From an uncultured Methanosarcinaceae archaeon (GTDB taxonomy: Archaea; Halobacteriota; Methanosarcinia; Methanosarcinales; Methanosarcinaceae), in the NCBI GenBank assembly GCA_963733675.1, contig CAVTET010000004.1:32001-96000 (forward strand): DNA of 64,000 nt, in the 5' to 3' direction. A program made the translations under genes and the position numbers. The notes under the pieces are model-generated. The model had not been told where the DNA came from. It made no database searches and was given only the letters and a program-made list of their open reading frames with translations. Of the stretch, positions 32,554 through 44,779 are shown in pieces (within the stretch, counting starts at the first letter, position 1; every line of letters begins with the position of its first letter).

Positions 32554-34518
32554 TTATTGTGCCAAGCTTCTGAGTTGCGAGTCAATTTCAATTGCTTTCT
32601 CATGTGCTTTTATTGCTTCATTGGACTTACTTAATTTATTTAAAGCAAATCCTTTGCCATCCCATGACATTGAATCCTGCGGGTTAATTTCAATTGCTTT
32701 GTCAAATGCTTTTATTGCTTCATCGTATTTGCTTGATAGACCTAAAACAGCTCCTTTACCGTACCAAGCTTTTGAATCCTGCGGGTTAATTTCAATTGCT
32801 TTATCATACGCTTTTATCGCATCATCGTATTTGCCTAATTTCGCTAAAGATGCACCTTTTCCATCCCAAGCATCTGAATTCTGCGGGTTAATTTCGATTG
32901 CTTTGTCAAATGCTTTTATTGCTTCATCGGATCTATTTAGTCCAATTAGAGCAAGTCCTTTATAGTCCAAAGCTATTGAATTCTGCGGGTCAATTTCAAT
33001 TGCTTTTTCATTTGCTTTCAGTGCTTCATCGGATTTATCTAATTTAGTTAGAGCAAGTCCTTTACAGTCCCAACCATTTGAATTATGTGGATTAATTTCA
33101 ATTGCTTTGTCAAATGCTATTATTGCTTCATCAAGCTTGTTTAAATTACCAAAAGCAGCTCCTTTATTGCTCCAAGCATCTGAATTATGCGGGTTGATTT
33201 CAATTACTTTATCATATGCTTTTATTGCTTCATCGAATTTGTTTAATCGAGCTAAAACAGCTCCTTTATTGCTCCAAGCATCTGAATCCTGCGGGTTAAT
33301 TTCAATCGCTTTATCATACGCTTTTATTGCTTCATCATATTTATTTGATTTATATAGAGCAATTCCTTTATTGTTCCAAGCATTTGAATATTGCGGATTA
33401 ATTTCAATTGCGTTGTCATATGCTTTTATTGCTTCATCGTATTTATTTGATTTATATAGAGCAACTCCTTTATTGTTCCAAGCCAATAAATTATGCGGGT
33501 TAATTTCAATTGCTTTGTCATATGCTTTTATTGCTTCATCGAATTTGTTTAAATTACCAAAAGCAGCTCCTTTATTGCTCCAAGCATATGAATTATGCGG
33601 GTTAATTTTAATTGCTTCTTCAAATGCTGCCATTGCTTCATCATATTTATTTGATTTATATAGAGCAACTCCTTTATTGGTCCAAATCATTGAATTGTAT
33701 GAGTCAATTTTAATTGCTTTGTCAAATGCTTTTATTGCTTCATCGAATTTATTTAATTTAAATAAAGCATTTCCTTTATCTTCCCAAGCCATTGAATTCT
33801 GCGGGTTAATTTCAATTGCTTTGTCATAGGCTTTTATGGCTTCATCGGATTTATTTAATTTATTTAGAGTATCCCCTTTCCCATCCCAAGCTAATGAATC
33901 CTGCGGGTTAATTTCAATTGCTTTGTCATATACTGTTATTGCTTCATCGGATTTATTTAATTTATTTAGAATCGTGCCTTTGAATGTCCAACCTAATGGA
34001 CCATGTGGGTCAATTTCAATTGCTTTGTCAAATGCTTTTATTGCTTCATCGTATTTGCCTAATTCCCCTAAAGCTATGCCTTTTCCATCCCAAGCATATG
34101 AATCCTGCGGGTTAATTTCAATTGCTTTGTCAAATGCTTTTATTGCTTCATCGTATTTGCCTAATCCCCCTAAAGCTATGCCTTTTCCATCCCAAGCATA
34201 TGAATCCTGCGGGTTAATTTCAATTGCTTTGTCAAATGCTCTTATTGCTTCATCGTATTTATTCAAGTTATCCAGAGCAAGTCCTTTGCCTGTCCAAGCG
34301 TCTGAATCCTGCGGGTTAATTTCAATTGCTTTGTCATAGGCTTTTATTGCTTCGCTGGATTTATTTAAATTATCTAGAGCAAGTCCTTTATTGAACCAAC
34401 CTACTGAATCCTGCAGGTTGTCTGATGTAGCAGCAGCACTTCCTAGCGTAAGAATAAAGATTATGACAGTTGTCAATGCAAATTGATTAAGGGTAATTTT
34501 TGTCATGCTTTTCTCCAT
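32554..34518 (-). CDS. secreted protein with ~18 tandem TPR repeats
   Basis: Signal peptide followed by 34-aa repeats W..KG.AL..L.K.DEAIKAYDKAIEINP. Confidence 0.92.
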   Translation of the reverse strand: MEKSMTKITLNQFALTTVIIFILTLGSAAATSDNLQDSVGWFNKGLALDNLNKSSEAIKAYDKAIEINPQDSDAWTGKGLALDNLNKYDEAIRAFDKAIEINPQDSYAWDGKGIALGGLGKYDEAIKAFDKAIEINPQDSYAWDGKGIALGELGKYDEAIKAFDKAIEIDPHGPLGWTFKGTILNKLNKSDEAITVYDKAIEINPQDSLAWDGKGDTLNKLNKSDEAIKAYDKAIEINPQNSMAWEDKGNALFKLNKFDEAIKAFDKAIKIDSYNSMIWTNKGVALYKSNKYDEAMAAFEEAIKINPHNSYAWSNKGAAFGNLNKFDEAIKAYDKAIEINPHNLLAWNNKGVALYKSNKYDEAIKAYDNAIEINPQYSNAWNNKGIALYKSNKYDEAIKAYDKAIEINPQDSDAWSNKGAVLARLNKFDEAIKAYDKVIEINPHNSDAWSNKGAAFGNLNKLDEAIIAFDKAIEINPHNSNGWDCKGLALTKLDKSDEALKANEKAIEIDPQNSIALDYKGLALIGLNRSDEAIKAFDKAIEINPQNSDAWDGKGASLAKLGKYDDAIKAYDKAIEINPQDSKAWYGKGAVLGLSSKYDEAIKAFDKAIEINPQDSMSWDGKGFALNKLSKSNEAIKAHEKAIEIDSQLRSLAQ

Positions 34519-34853
34519 CTTTTCCCATTTTAATTTGTATTGATATCATTATTTGTTTTCAGTTCATTAATTGTCAAGAATCCATATTGTAAGTGGTAAG
34601 CGGATAATCTTCTGAAAAAGTTTCACTGAAGCATTTTTTTCATTTACTTTACACTTTGTGATTTTTTCCCCTGCTGAGGTAGTTGGAGTTCTTTTTTTGC
34701 TTATGTTTACTCAACGACGCTTTAGATTTAGAACGACTCAATTTAGCCTTGGAACCTTTGGCCGAAGAAACCTTAGCTTTCAGCTATGAGAGTCTGAATT
34801 TGATACTTCTGTTGTTCCAGAAGGTTCACTGCCATACCAATAAAGGTATACTT

Positions 34854-35402
34854 TTATACTACAGGTACAAAAGCACCGCCATAACAGCCACTGTTGGGTC
34901 CGCAATGATTAGGTCTAAAATTCCTGCCATGGGTTGGACGGCCATGAATAACATTGATCGAAACACTCGCTGATGCATTGCTGTAATTTTTAATATCCTT
35001 AGGTGTGAAATATGCCTGTAATATCTGCACACCTACGCTCAGTACAGTTCCTAGGGATGGGGTATATACAAAGGTTCCATGTACTGAAGCTCTAGATACT
35101 GGATCTGAAGCACTTGCATTCAGCTGAGTGCTGCTCAATGGTGTTCCATAGACTATGTTAGCGGGTTTACTCCAGGTAATTGTAGGGGCTGTTTTTCCTA
35201 TAAACTGGCCTACTGCTATAGGACTGTTCCCTACATTCACAGTGGATGCAACCGTTTTTGTGGCTGTGTCAATTACAGAGACATTGTTGCTGCCCAGGTT
35301 TGTAATATAAGCAAATTGCGCTGCACCTGCAATACTTATCAGCCCTAAAATAATAGCTACTGAAACTAAGGCTATATATTGCAACCTTTGTTTATTGATC
35401 AT
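34854..35402 (-). CDS. short surface protein with a single YVTN-type blade and Ig-like domain (likely truncated)
   Basis: Signal peptide, AYITNLGSNNVSVIDTAT, PTITWSKPANIVYGTPLS. Confidence 0.7.
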   Translation of the reverse strand: MINKQRLQYIALVSVAIILGLISIAGAAQFAYITNLGSNNVSVIDTATKTVASTVNVGNSPIAVGQFIGKTAPTITWSKPANIVYGTPLSSTQLNASASDPVSRASVHGTFVYTPSLGTVLSVGVQILQAYFTPKDIKNYSNASASVSINVIHGRPTHGRNFRPNHCGPNSGCYGGAFVPVV

Positions 35403-36225
35403 GCATGTTAACTCTTTGACCTATGTTATTAATAAGAATAATTCGAAGATCGTTCCATTTTATGAGGGAATTAAGTGAAAGTTAAGTATAATATATTTAT
35501 GACAGATAATTATAAAATATTTAAAACTATCATTGATTTAGTTACTATTATTCATTGTATATTGCTACTGGCACTACTTGTGGGGGTAATAAATATCCTT
35601 CTGAGTATCAAATCAGTTTTATTGGTACTCTTGGGGAGGTTTGGGTCAAATAGTACCCAGCATAATAACTATTTTTTAGTCTGATAAATCTTTTCAAGAT
35701 TTTTGCTCATTTTCACGAACATGAAGAAATAAAATTTACATATATAAGCTAGTAAAAGGTTGCTACTATACTGCTGTAAGGCATAAAGCAGCATGAGATT
35801 CACACTATCATCTATTCACCTAGTATCTCCTAGATAAGGTCTTGAAATTGTTACATTAGTTTTATTTAATTAAATATCTCCAATATAATACAGAAAACTA
35901 GATTGTGATTTTACAGAAATTATACTACACTGAACGCTGGATCCAGATTAATTAAATAAAAAATGAATGATTTTAGGGCGTTTTATGGCATTTTCTTGAG
36001 TTGGATAAGATAATCACGAAGTGGGAATCTAAAAGAATTATCGGGGCTGAGATTAAGTCATTTATTGACTAATGGGAAAAGACGTACATCTTTTGTAATT
36101 CATGAAGTCAGAACCAAATAAGTTTCATAACATTTAGTTTGAGTTAGGAATATTTAGACTATGTATAAGATATATATAATAAATTAAGTCTAATTATTAT
36201 TTAAAGGTATTCTGGTGCCTAATAG

Positions 36226-37078
36226 GGTTCCATTGCAAAAAATTCAAAAAAATATGTAAATCTATAGGTAATGAATAAAAATCAGAATATTCAAAGAAAA
36301 TGCACTAACATTATAAAACTATACCAAACAATTGATTAATGTATTTGACTTCATTAAGAACAGAGTAATTTAAATCATTTACTTATCTTTTTTGATCATA
36401 TTCATAGCTTCAATTCCTTTTAAAGTCTTATTAGCAGATTGAAAAGACTGAAATCCTAACATTGGATTAACGATTCGCTTTATAGATCTGTGATCTTGTT
36501 CTATAATGTTATTCAAATACTTGATTTGTCGAATGCCTACGTTTTTAGGTAGTATTTTATCATTTTTCAGTTTACCTATAGCAGGTGGATAAGCTGGATT
36601 CTTATCAACTGTTATTACTCTTGGAATTTGATTATGATTAGAACTCAAAGCTTTCTTAAAAAATCTCTTCGCTGCATTTAGATTTCGTTTTGCACTTAAC
36701 ATGAAATCAATTGTATCTCCATTTGAGTCAACTGCTCGGTAAAGATATTTCCATTTACCTTTAATTTTGATATAGGTTTCATCAACTTTCCACGAATAGT
36801 TTGTTAGTCTTAAATGTCTTCTTATCTTTTTTTCTAGTTCAGGAGAATATTGATGTACCCATCTCATTATAGTACTGGGATCAACTTGAATTTCTCTTTC
36901 TATCATCATTTCCTTTAAATTTCTACAGCTCAATGGATATTTTAAGTACCATCTTACATTCAATAGGATAATTTCTCCTTCATAATGCTTCCATTTAAAG
37001 GAATTAGATAGCATATTACTATCTTTGGTTTTCTTTTTATTCTATTGTATCATTAGAAAGGATTTTTGCAACGGAACC
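36226..37078 (-). mobile_element. IS6-family element (transposase 36379-37014, C-terminal frameshift)
   Basis: TIRs GGTTCCATTGCAAAAA / TTTTTGCAACGGAACC; WKVDETYIKIKG, YLNNIIEQDHR. Confidence 0.93.
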
Positions 37079-37143
37079 GTTTATTGTACTTAATTTTACA
37101 TCTCAAGTGTGTAGGTCCAAATAAGTATATTTCAACGACATGA

Positions 37144-37237
37144 AATTCCACTGCAAAAATGAAAATCTCATAATTTATGGTTGTGGTGCAAAAATAATAT
37201 TTCTGCAGTTTGATACTATAATTTTTGCAACGGAACC
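37144..37237. mobile_element. IS6-derived mini-element
   Basis: Ends in TTTTTGCAACGGAACC; internal GGTTGTGGTGCAAAAATAATATTTCTGCA shared with 54248-54397. Confidence 0.55.
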
Positions 37238-37647
37238 CTAAAACTTACCATTAATTTCACTGGCAATTGACCAAAATCAATCAAAAACCAAAAAATGATA
37301 AAAAGTTTCAAGATTTGAGATTCAAAAAATAGAACAGTCATTAAATAATTTGAAGCAAAGTTGAGCATTAAAAGAAATGCTTTTAATCAATTTCTAAAAA
37401 AGCCAAAGTATTTCTTAGTATAAAATTGTCGAAACCCAACAGTTGACTGCAAATCAGTCAACTACATAAGTTCTAAGATCAAAAGATAGTTCTCGGATTC
37501 AAGATGTATAAGAACCGATCCAATCTCGTACTTATTGAATTACAGGGCTATATAGATATCTACAGCATTATATACCATAGGGATTTTAAATAATATCAAT
37601 TATTATAGAAGTAATTCACTACTCCTCTGACTGCAGGTGAGATTAAA

Positions 37648-38139
37648 ATGGCTATATTTGACACGATAAAGGACAGAAGAAGCATAAGGATTTATAAAGA
37701 CGAGTGCATACCGAAGGACAAGCTCGAGAAACTACTGGAGGCTGCAAGATTCGCGCCATCTGCTGGGAACCGGCAGAACTGGAAGTTCATTGTTGTCGAG
37801 AATGAGCAAATAAAAAACCAGCTTGTTACTGCTTCCAATAACCAAGCCTTCGTAGGTACCGCCTCTCATGTCATCGCAGGTATAGGTGACTCCGCTCAAA
37901 AGTGGCACCAGGTAGACCTTGCCATTGCCCTAGAACACATTGCTCTGGAAGCTGTCGAGCTAGGACTGGGCACCTGTTGGATTGGCGCTTTCAACGAAGA
38001 AGAAGTCAAAAAAATACTCAAGATACCGCAGGACAAAAAAGTCGTCGCTTTACTGACTGTGGGATTCCCTGCCGAGTCTCCCGTTTCCAAGCCAAGGAAA
38101 GCTCTTGAAGAAATCGTAGCTTACAACGAATATACATAA
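37648..38139 (+). CDS. nitroreductase-family protein
   Basis: RRSIR, APSAGNRQNW and LGLGTCWIG motifs. Confidence 0.92.
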   Translation: MAIFDTIKDRRSIRIYKDECIPKDKLEKLLEAARFAPSAGNRQNWKFIVVENEQIKNQLVTASNNQAFVGTASHVIAGIGDSAQKWHQVDLAIALEHIALEAVELGLGTCWIGAFNEEEVKKILKIPQDKKVVALLTVGFPAESPVSKPRKALEEIVAYNEYT

Positions 38140-38787
38140 AGACCGATATCTTATTTTACTCTCTTAGAACTTACGCATTTCTGATGCAAAACCAAGTACA
38201 TTAAACAGAATATTTAAAATTTGAATTGTAGAAAGGTATTCTCTTAATGTAGTTGATTCTGTACTTCTAGTGCTTAAGTCCTAAACTTAAATTATTTACT
38301 AAATACAATAGTGAACTACCAATCAGCTGAAGACTAAGTGGCTTGTTGGTTCATTCCTTTCTCTTTTGAAAATTCGAAAATTAAAATCGTGCATAAATCC
38401 TAAAAGATCAGCGTCGCCATACTACCAACACGTTGAATTTACATTCATCGATATAACATGTTCCAATGCAGAAGAGAAAGATCCAGAGACGATTAAGCAT
38501 TCGCTAGTTATTTTGAACATCTGATCTATCTTGACAAACTTCAAGATATCTATCATCTATCGATTCTCTTAATTTTTGTTTAATATATTTATAGTAATTA
38601 CATTATTTTAAATTTAAGTATGTTTGATTATGGAACAGTAAGTATTTTTTTCATAATTTCTAAAATCGATCAAGGCATCCAAAATAGCTATATTCATTCA
38701 TAAAGATATTTGTTGTTCCTTATTATTCAGTCTTGGAGGGCCTTAAAAGTCTTGCAGACGCAGAGATCCAGCAAATAAATATGTTTT

Positions 38788-38877
38788 CACACTTTCGATA
38801 AACATCTGCTTTTCACGAATCTTTTGTGTATCATTCATAATCATATGGCGAAATTAAGGGGTTTCTCGAAATCCTCT
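38788..38877. mobile_element. IS5-type MITE copy
   Basis: Aligns with 759-850. Confidence 0.6.
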
Positions 38878-39013
38878 TACACATGTTGCTATTTCCCGGG
38901 AAATCAAGGCCTGAAATTTTTTTAGTAATTTAGTGAGAGGATAGTAACACTTTAAAGTTAAAAAATAACAACTGATTTTGTAGTTGTTGAGAAACAAGCT
39001 CAAACTCGAAAGA

Positions 39014-39730
39014 TCACTCTTTTTCCAGCTCTCGGACTTGCTCTTCCAGACTATTGAGCGCCTCATGTTTTCTGGCAATATCTTCTTTCAGCTTCTGTAA
39101 TTTCTCTTCCTTTTCCAGAACTTTCTCTGTTTTTTTAACTTTCAATATGCCTTTAGTAAATATGTCAATAAAATTTTCAACTTCCTTGTAGTTATAGCTC
39201 AAAGCGTAGTCAACAAATATTCCTCTTAAGAAAGCTGAGCAGCTGAAATAACTGACAAAAGTTAATGCTGCTGATTGAGCATTGATATTACGTATTTTTC
39301 CATTTTTCATTTGTAGCTCAAAATATTCGCTCAGCCGCTCTATATTTGTTTTAAAAACATATTCTAGAATTTCAGCGAGTTCGGGTCTTCGTCGTCCTTC
39401 TTCGAACAGCATGAACATAAACATATAAGATATACTATCCTTTTTTTCATCCTGCATATCTTTTGCAATTTCTTTGCCTAGGATACAAAGATCTCTTTCA
39501 ATGTCTGCATTTTTATTTACGTTTAATAACTGATTCAGTGTTGAAATAGCATTCCGATGTTTGATAAGGACCTCTTTCAACAGGTTCTCTTTTGATTGGA
39601 ATTTTCGGAACAGCGTCACTTCGGTAACATTTGCTTCCTGTGCAATTTTGCGGGTAGTTGCGCCAGCGTATCCATCGCTGGAGAATACCTTTACAGCTGC
39701 ATCCAATATTTTTTGTTCCGTATTTTTCAT
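39014..39730 (-). CDS. TetR/AcrR-family regulator
   Basis: KILDAA..FS..GY.GATTRKIAQEANVTEVTLFRKF.SKENL. Confidence 0.92.
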   Translation of the reverse strand: MKNTEQKILDAAVKVFSSDGYAGATTRKIAQEANVTEVTLFRKFQSKENLLKEVLIKHRNAISTLNQLLNVNKNADIERDLCILGKEIAKDMQDEKKDSISYMFMFMLFEEGRRRPELAEILEYVFKTNIERLSEYFELQMKNGKIRNINAQSAALTFVSYFSCSAFLRGIFVDYALSYNYKEVENFIDIFTKGILKVKKTEKVLEKEEKLQKLKEDIARKHEALNSLEEQVRELEKE

Positions 39731-40748
39731 AATATTAAGTCGTTACTCACATATATTTAAGGTTTTTGCGCAACTTGGCTTTGAGTATAAATAAATGCAT
39801 GTGTAAAACGAGCATTTAAACAATTTAGTTATTTGTCATGTTAATAAGCTTGAATCCATTTACACCATACATCTTACAGATATACACAGATGTAGAATTT
39901 GTTTGCCTAGATACTACTATTATATTGTGAATTATAGGTATAAAGGCAAATTAAATCTCTCTGAAACATATATTTTATTTTTTGGTTGCTGGAAAAAACG
40001 CAGCTATGTTATATCTAATTGCTAAATAAAACTAAAAAGATTCGATCTGGTTTTGAAATTATCGCTTACGAGTTAGTGAAGTCCAAAAAAGGCTCAAAAA
40101 CTATATATATTATGTAACAACTAACTTTCATTTAAGTAGCTCTAAATATGAACGAGGTAATCATTCGGCCTATATATACAGTTGCATAGCATCTATGTCG
40201 ATGTAATTCATATTTCTGATTACCGACTTCTAACAAATAAAAAACTTGGTGATAGTTAATAATTGAATAAAGTAAGCCCACTAAAATTTTCTCCTTAAAT
40301 CTTAATAAAGATGGCTAAATATATTGTTTTCTCTAAGCTGGATCGTTACTAAAAAAAGTAAGTATTTCATACATAAAAAGTGAAGTACTACATCAACTCA
40401 AAAATTATATATACACCTAATAACATATAGTATGTAACCACTAACTTATAATTATAGTGGATCTGGAATAAAAGAAATAACTATTCAGCCTACACAAAAT
40501 CAGTTGAATAATAACGATTTAGATACAATAAATGCTTATGATTTCCAACTGATTAAAAAATAAAAAACTTATTGATAGCCGATTATTACATAATATAAAC
40601 CCACTGAAATTTTGCTCCGTGAATCTTCGTGCATCAGTGGATTTTTGTAAAGATGGTTATTAATATTGTTTTTCCCAGGGTGAATTGGTACTAAAAAAAT
40701 TCAATGTATTAATTTAAATAATAAAAACTGATCAATAAAAGGAGATTT

Positions 40749-40979
40749 TTGAACATGAATCATTTCACAGACTTCGGTCCAGCAATGCAAACTGCAATGA
40801 CTGAGACATGGGGACTTCTGACTGAAGAACAGAAAAAGAAAGTTACACACATGAGGATGGATACAGCAATAAAAGGTATCGAACTGAAAATAAGTGATAT
40901 GGAGCAGAGGATTTTGATAGCGAAAGGGCTTATTGAAAATATTCAAAAATTTAAGGAAATGATCAAACTAGGTAAATAA
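40749..40979 (+). CDS. small coiled-coil protein (paralog 1)
   Basis: AGGAG RBS; paralog of 41071-41295. Confidence 0.75.
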   Translation: MNMNHFTDFGPAMQTAMTETWGLLTEEQKKKVTHMRMDTAIKGIELKISDMEQRILIAKGLIENIQKFKEMIKLGK

Positions 40980-41070
40980 GTTCGACAGATGAACACTATC
41001 TAAATTTGTTGTTATCCGGATTTGTTATTAGGATATAATAAATAAAATAGATGGAAGGAGACATTTAAAC

Positions 41071-41295
41071 ATGAATGATGATATTTGTTTTGCAAACCTA
41101 GGGCCAGTTGTGCAGACTGCACTGGCTGAGACATTGGAACTTATGACTGAAGAACAGAAAAGGAAATTTACAGAAAGAAAGCTGGATAGGGCAATAGAAT
41201 TTATCGAACTAAAAATAATTGACATGGAAAAGAGGGTATCGATAGCGAAAGAGTCTATAGCAGATATTCGAAAAGATAAAGAACTGATAAGATAA
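41071..41295 (+). CDS. small coiled-coil protein (paralog 2)
   Basis: AGGAG RBS; paralog of 40749-40979. Confidence 0.75.
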   Translation: MNDDICFANLGPVVQTALAETLELMTEEQKRKFTERKLDRAIEFIELKIIDMEKRVSIAKESIADIRKDKELIR

Positions 41296-41402
41296 TGAAC
41301 TGATTAAACTAGACAAGTATCCACATCGATAACTTACAAAATATACTTCTTTAAATATCACAATGGATATCACCATAGATATCCCAAAGAACTTAGCAAC
41401 AA

Positions 41403-41493
41403 AGAGGATTTCGAGAAACTCCAATTTTTGGCTGGTTGTTTATAAAGCTTATATATGTAATTTGTTGAACTCGGGTGTTTATCGAAATTCTCT
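41403..41493. mobile_element. IS5-type MITE copy
   Basis: AGAGGATTTCGAGAAAC...GTTTATCGAAATTCTCT; close to 51256-51348. Confidence 0.7.
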
Positions 41494-41565
41494 ATATTTT
41501 AATGTGTTATTAATTTGAACAATATAAACAAAGTGAAATAAATGTTGAAACAAACATCTAGTAGA

Positions 41566-41863
41566 ATGAAAAAAGTACTTGCTATTTCGTTAGCAGCCCT
41601 TTTCGTAGCATCTTTGACAGCAGTGTCAGTTAGTGCACATCGCTGGGGTGGCCACGGTGGCGGCTGGGGTTGGGGAGGCGGGGAGCTGGCCTGTTAATGG
41701 CTATGGGCTCTTGGCCTTGGAGGAGGCTATCCCTACTACGGATACGGTGTTGGCATTGGTTACCCGTATGATCTTGGATACAGTCTTGGATATCCATACT
41801 GGGGGTGGCTACGGCGGCTGGGGTAGACATGGCAGACACGGCGGAATAGGGGATAATCAGTAA
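41566..41863 (+). pseudogene. secreted Gly/Tyr/Trp-rich protein, frameshifted
   Basis: MKKVLAISLAALFVASLTAVSVSA-HRWGGHGGGWGW...GYPYYGYG...; frame changes at G runs. Confidence 0.65.
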
Positions 41864-41978
41864 CGTCGGTGTCAACCCTCCAATAGATTATTCGGAAACT
41901 ACGAATCAAATTGCTGAGCTGCGGTAACAACAAGACCCGAAGTCTTTAGTTGGGGTATTTGACTTATATAATCTACAA

Positions 41979-42987
<1,009 letters not shown>

Positions 42988-43311
42988 TCGCCGAGGATAT
43001 TGTAGAGGGAATACCTGCAGTTTTGAGAGAAATTTTGGACTTGCAGCATTCCAGATTCAAATCAGATGAAAAGAACAATGGCCTGGAAATTTAAAATAAC
43101 AGAAGTTTTGCCATGGGGATGGAACAAGGCGGAATATAATGCCATGTTCGCTTTCTCAACAGCTACTGTATATAAACCAAGCGCTGCCAGGGTGTGTAAT
43201 CGCTCAAGAAAATATTCAACAGTAACTAAATCTTGGACGAGTATTGTCATTTGAATTATGAATGTGAGGCGAGAATTAGGAGTACTCTTTTTGGGATAGG
43301 CTCATAGTCAA

Positions 43312-43530
43312 GAGAATTCCGATTTATCTTGGATTTTTTCTTTGCAGAAATCTTACCCAAATTTTTCCTGCGAATTTTTGTATTTGATCTTAGTTTTTCT
43401 CTTCCCGTTCATGATCCTTTGATTTCAAATATAGCTCCTGTTATTCTTAAAATATTTATTTTGTTTTCATTATTATCAACTGATAGCATTTATTGTAGTA
43501 TGATATGTGCTTTTTCCTTTAAATAAGTGT
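43312..43530 (-). mobile_element. 3' end fragment of IS5-family element
   Basis: Aligns with 1844-2040. Confidence 0.55.
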
Positions 43531-43876
43531 ACAAATGCTTTCAAATTTTGGCTGAAACTAAAAAAATATGTAGGTGTATTGTAGCTATAAATCCTAAAAT
43601 ATATTAAAAAATATATAATAATCTAAAACCAGAAAAAAGAAGTTTTGGAAGCATAAAATTTAACTTTTCGTCTTATATTTTACAGATCCTTCGGTAAGAT
43701 GCCTTAATCTGTTTTAGATGTGTGCTTTTCATTATCTGTATTACTTTCTATTAAGACTATAGTTGATTTTAATGTTGATGCTTTTCATTTTGTGTTTTAA
43801 CATACAAATTTATTATAAGATAACTATCATACAAGATTTAGGATTAGGCAAAACAGTATCTTTTCGGGAATAGATT

Positions 43877-44353
43877 ATGGAAAAAATTCTTAAAGTAAAT
43901 GAGAAAGAAAGTTCAACGAAATATATCACCGATGAGGAGCGAAGGCAGTTGCTTACAGCTTTACATTCGCGCCTTTTCTGGGTAGGACAATACGTCCCAA
44001 ATAATATAGAAATCGGGGGAAAAAATTTTCATCTGCACGATTATGTATGGGAATTGATCCAGAAAGAAACGATTACTCAGACAGAGAAGGCGAGTATAGA
44101 TAAATGTATTGAAATAATTTCGACAAAGGAAAAGGAAGATGAGAAGAAGCTGGAAGGACAATCCCTTACACAAGATGAAGCAAAGGCTTTATATCACGAA
44201 ACTGCAGGCCTGCTGCGTGCAATAATGGATCTAAAGGAAATAGAGGACGGAACCCTTAGGGAAAATACAAAACATTTTCAAGAGCAGTTTGGTGAACAAA
44301 GAGTCAAAGATGCTAAGCTCTGGCTTGAATTTATCAAAAAGGTATCCAAGTGA
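43877..44353 (+). CDS. conserved methanogen helical protein (DUF5788-like)
   Basis: ER.QLL..LH..LFWVG..P...GL.RA..DL pattern. Confidence 0.75.
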   Translation: MEKILKVNEKESSTKYITDEERRQLLTALHSRLFWVGQYVPNNIEIGGKNFHLHDYVWELIQKETITQTEKASIDKCIEIISTKEKEDEKKLEGQSLTQDEAKALYHETAGLLRAIMDLKEIEDGTLRENTKHFQEQFGEQRVKDAKLWLEFIKKVSK

Positions 44354-44779
44354 AGTGTTGCCAATGAGTAATAATAGGTTTTAATTTACGCTTTACTTAC
44401 ACAGATTTTGTCAAAAATTCTAAAGCTGTTTTACTCACATGGATAAGTGGTCTCTATTACGGCAACTGATGCAACAGAATTTATGAGTTCCTATGCAAGT
44501 TATATCACAGATTTCTGTCGTTATCTATGGAAACATAATCTGTATCTGATTATTTAGTAACTGCACATACAAAGTGCCTATGTTCATATACGTGATATCC
44601 ATCCGAGCTCCTTTGAAATAACGTTCTTCGACGTTTTCTGGGCTCAATTATCTTGGAGACTAAATCCTAAACTTGCGAGTTCTTCGGCCAAACTTGACGG
44701 ATTGAAGCCATGATTTTACATTTGTTCACCAATTTTTTGCAAAAACTCCAATGATTTTTGCATTTGTGGAGATACTTTC

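Noticed and set aside
32621-34339. Long plus-strand ORFs
   Set aside because: Antisense shadows of the TPR repeats
38308-38560. IS200/IS605 end (GTGAACTACC...GGCTTG)
   Set aside because: Resemblance is short and no convincing tnpA/tnpB frame could be read
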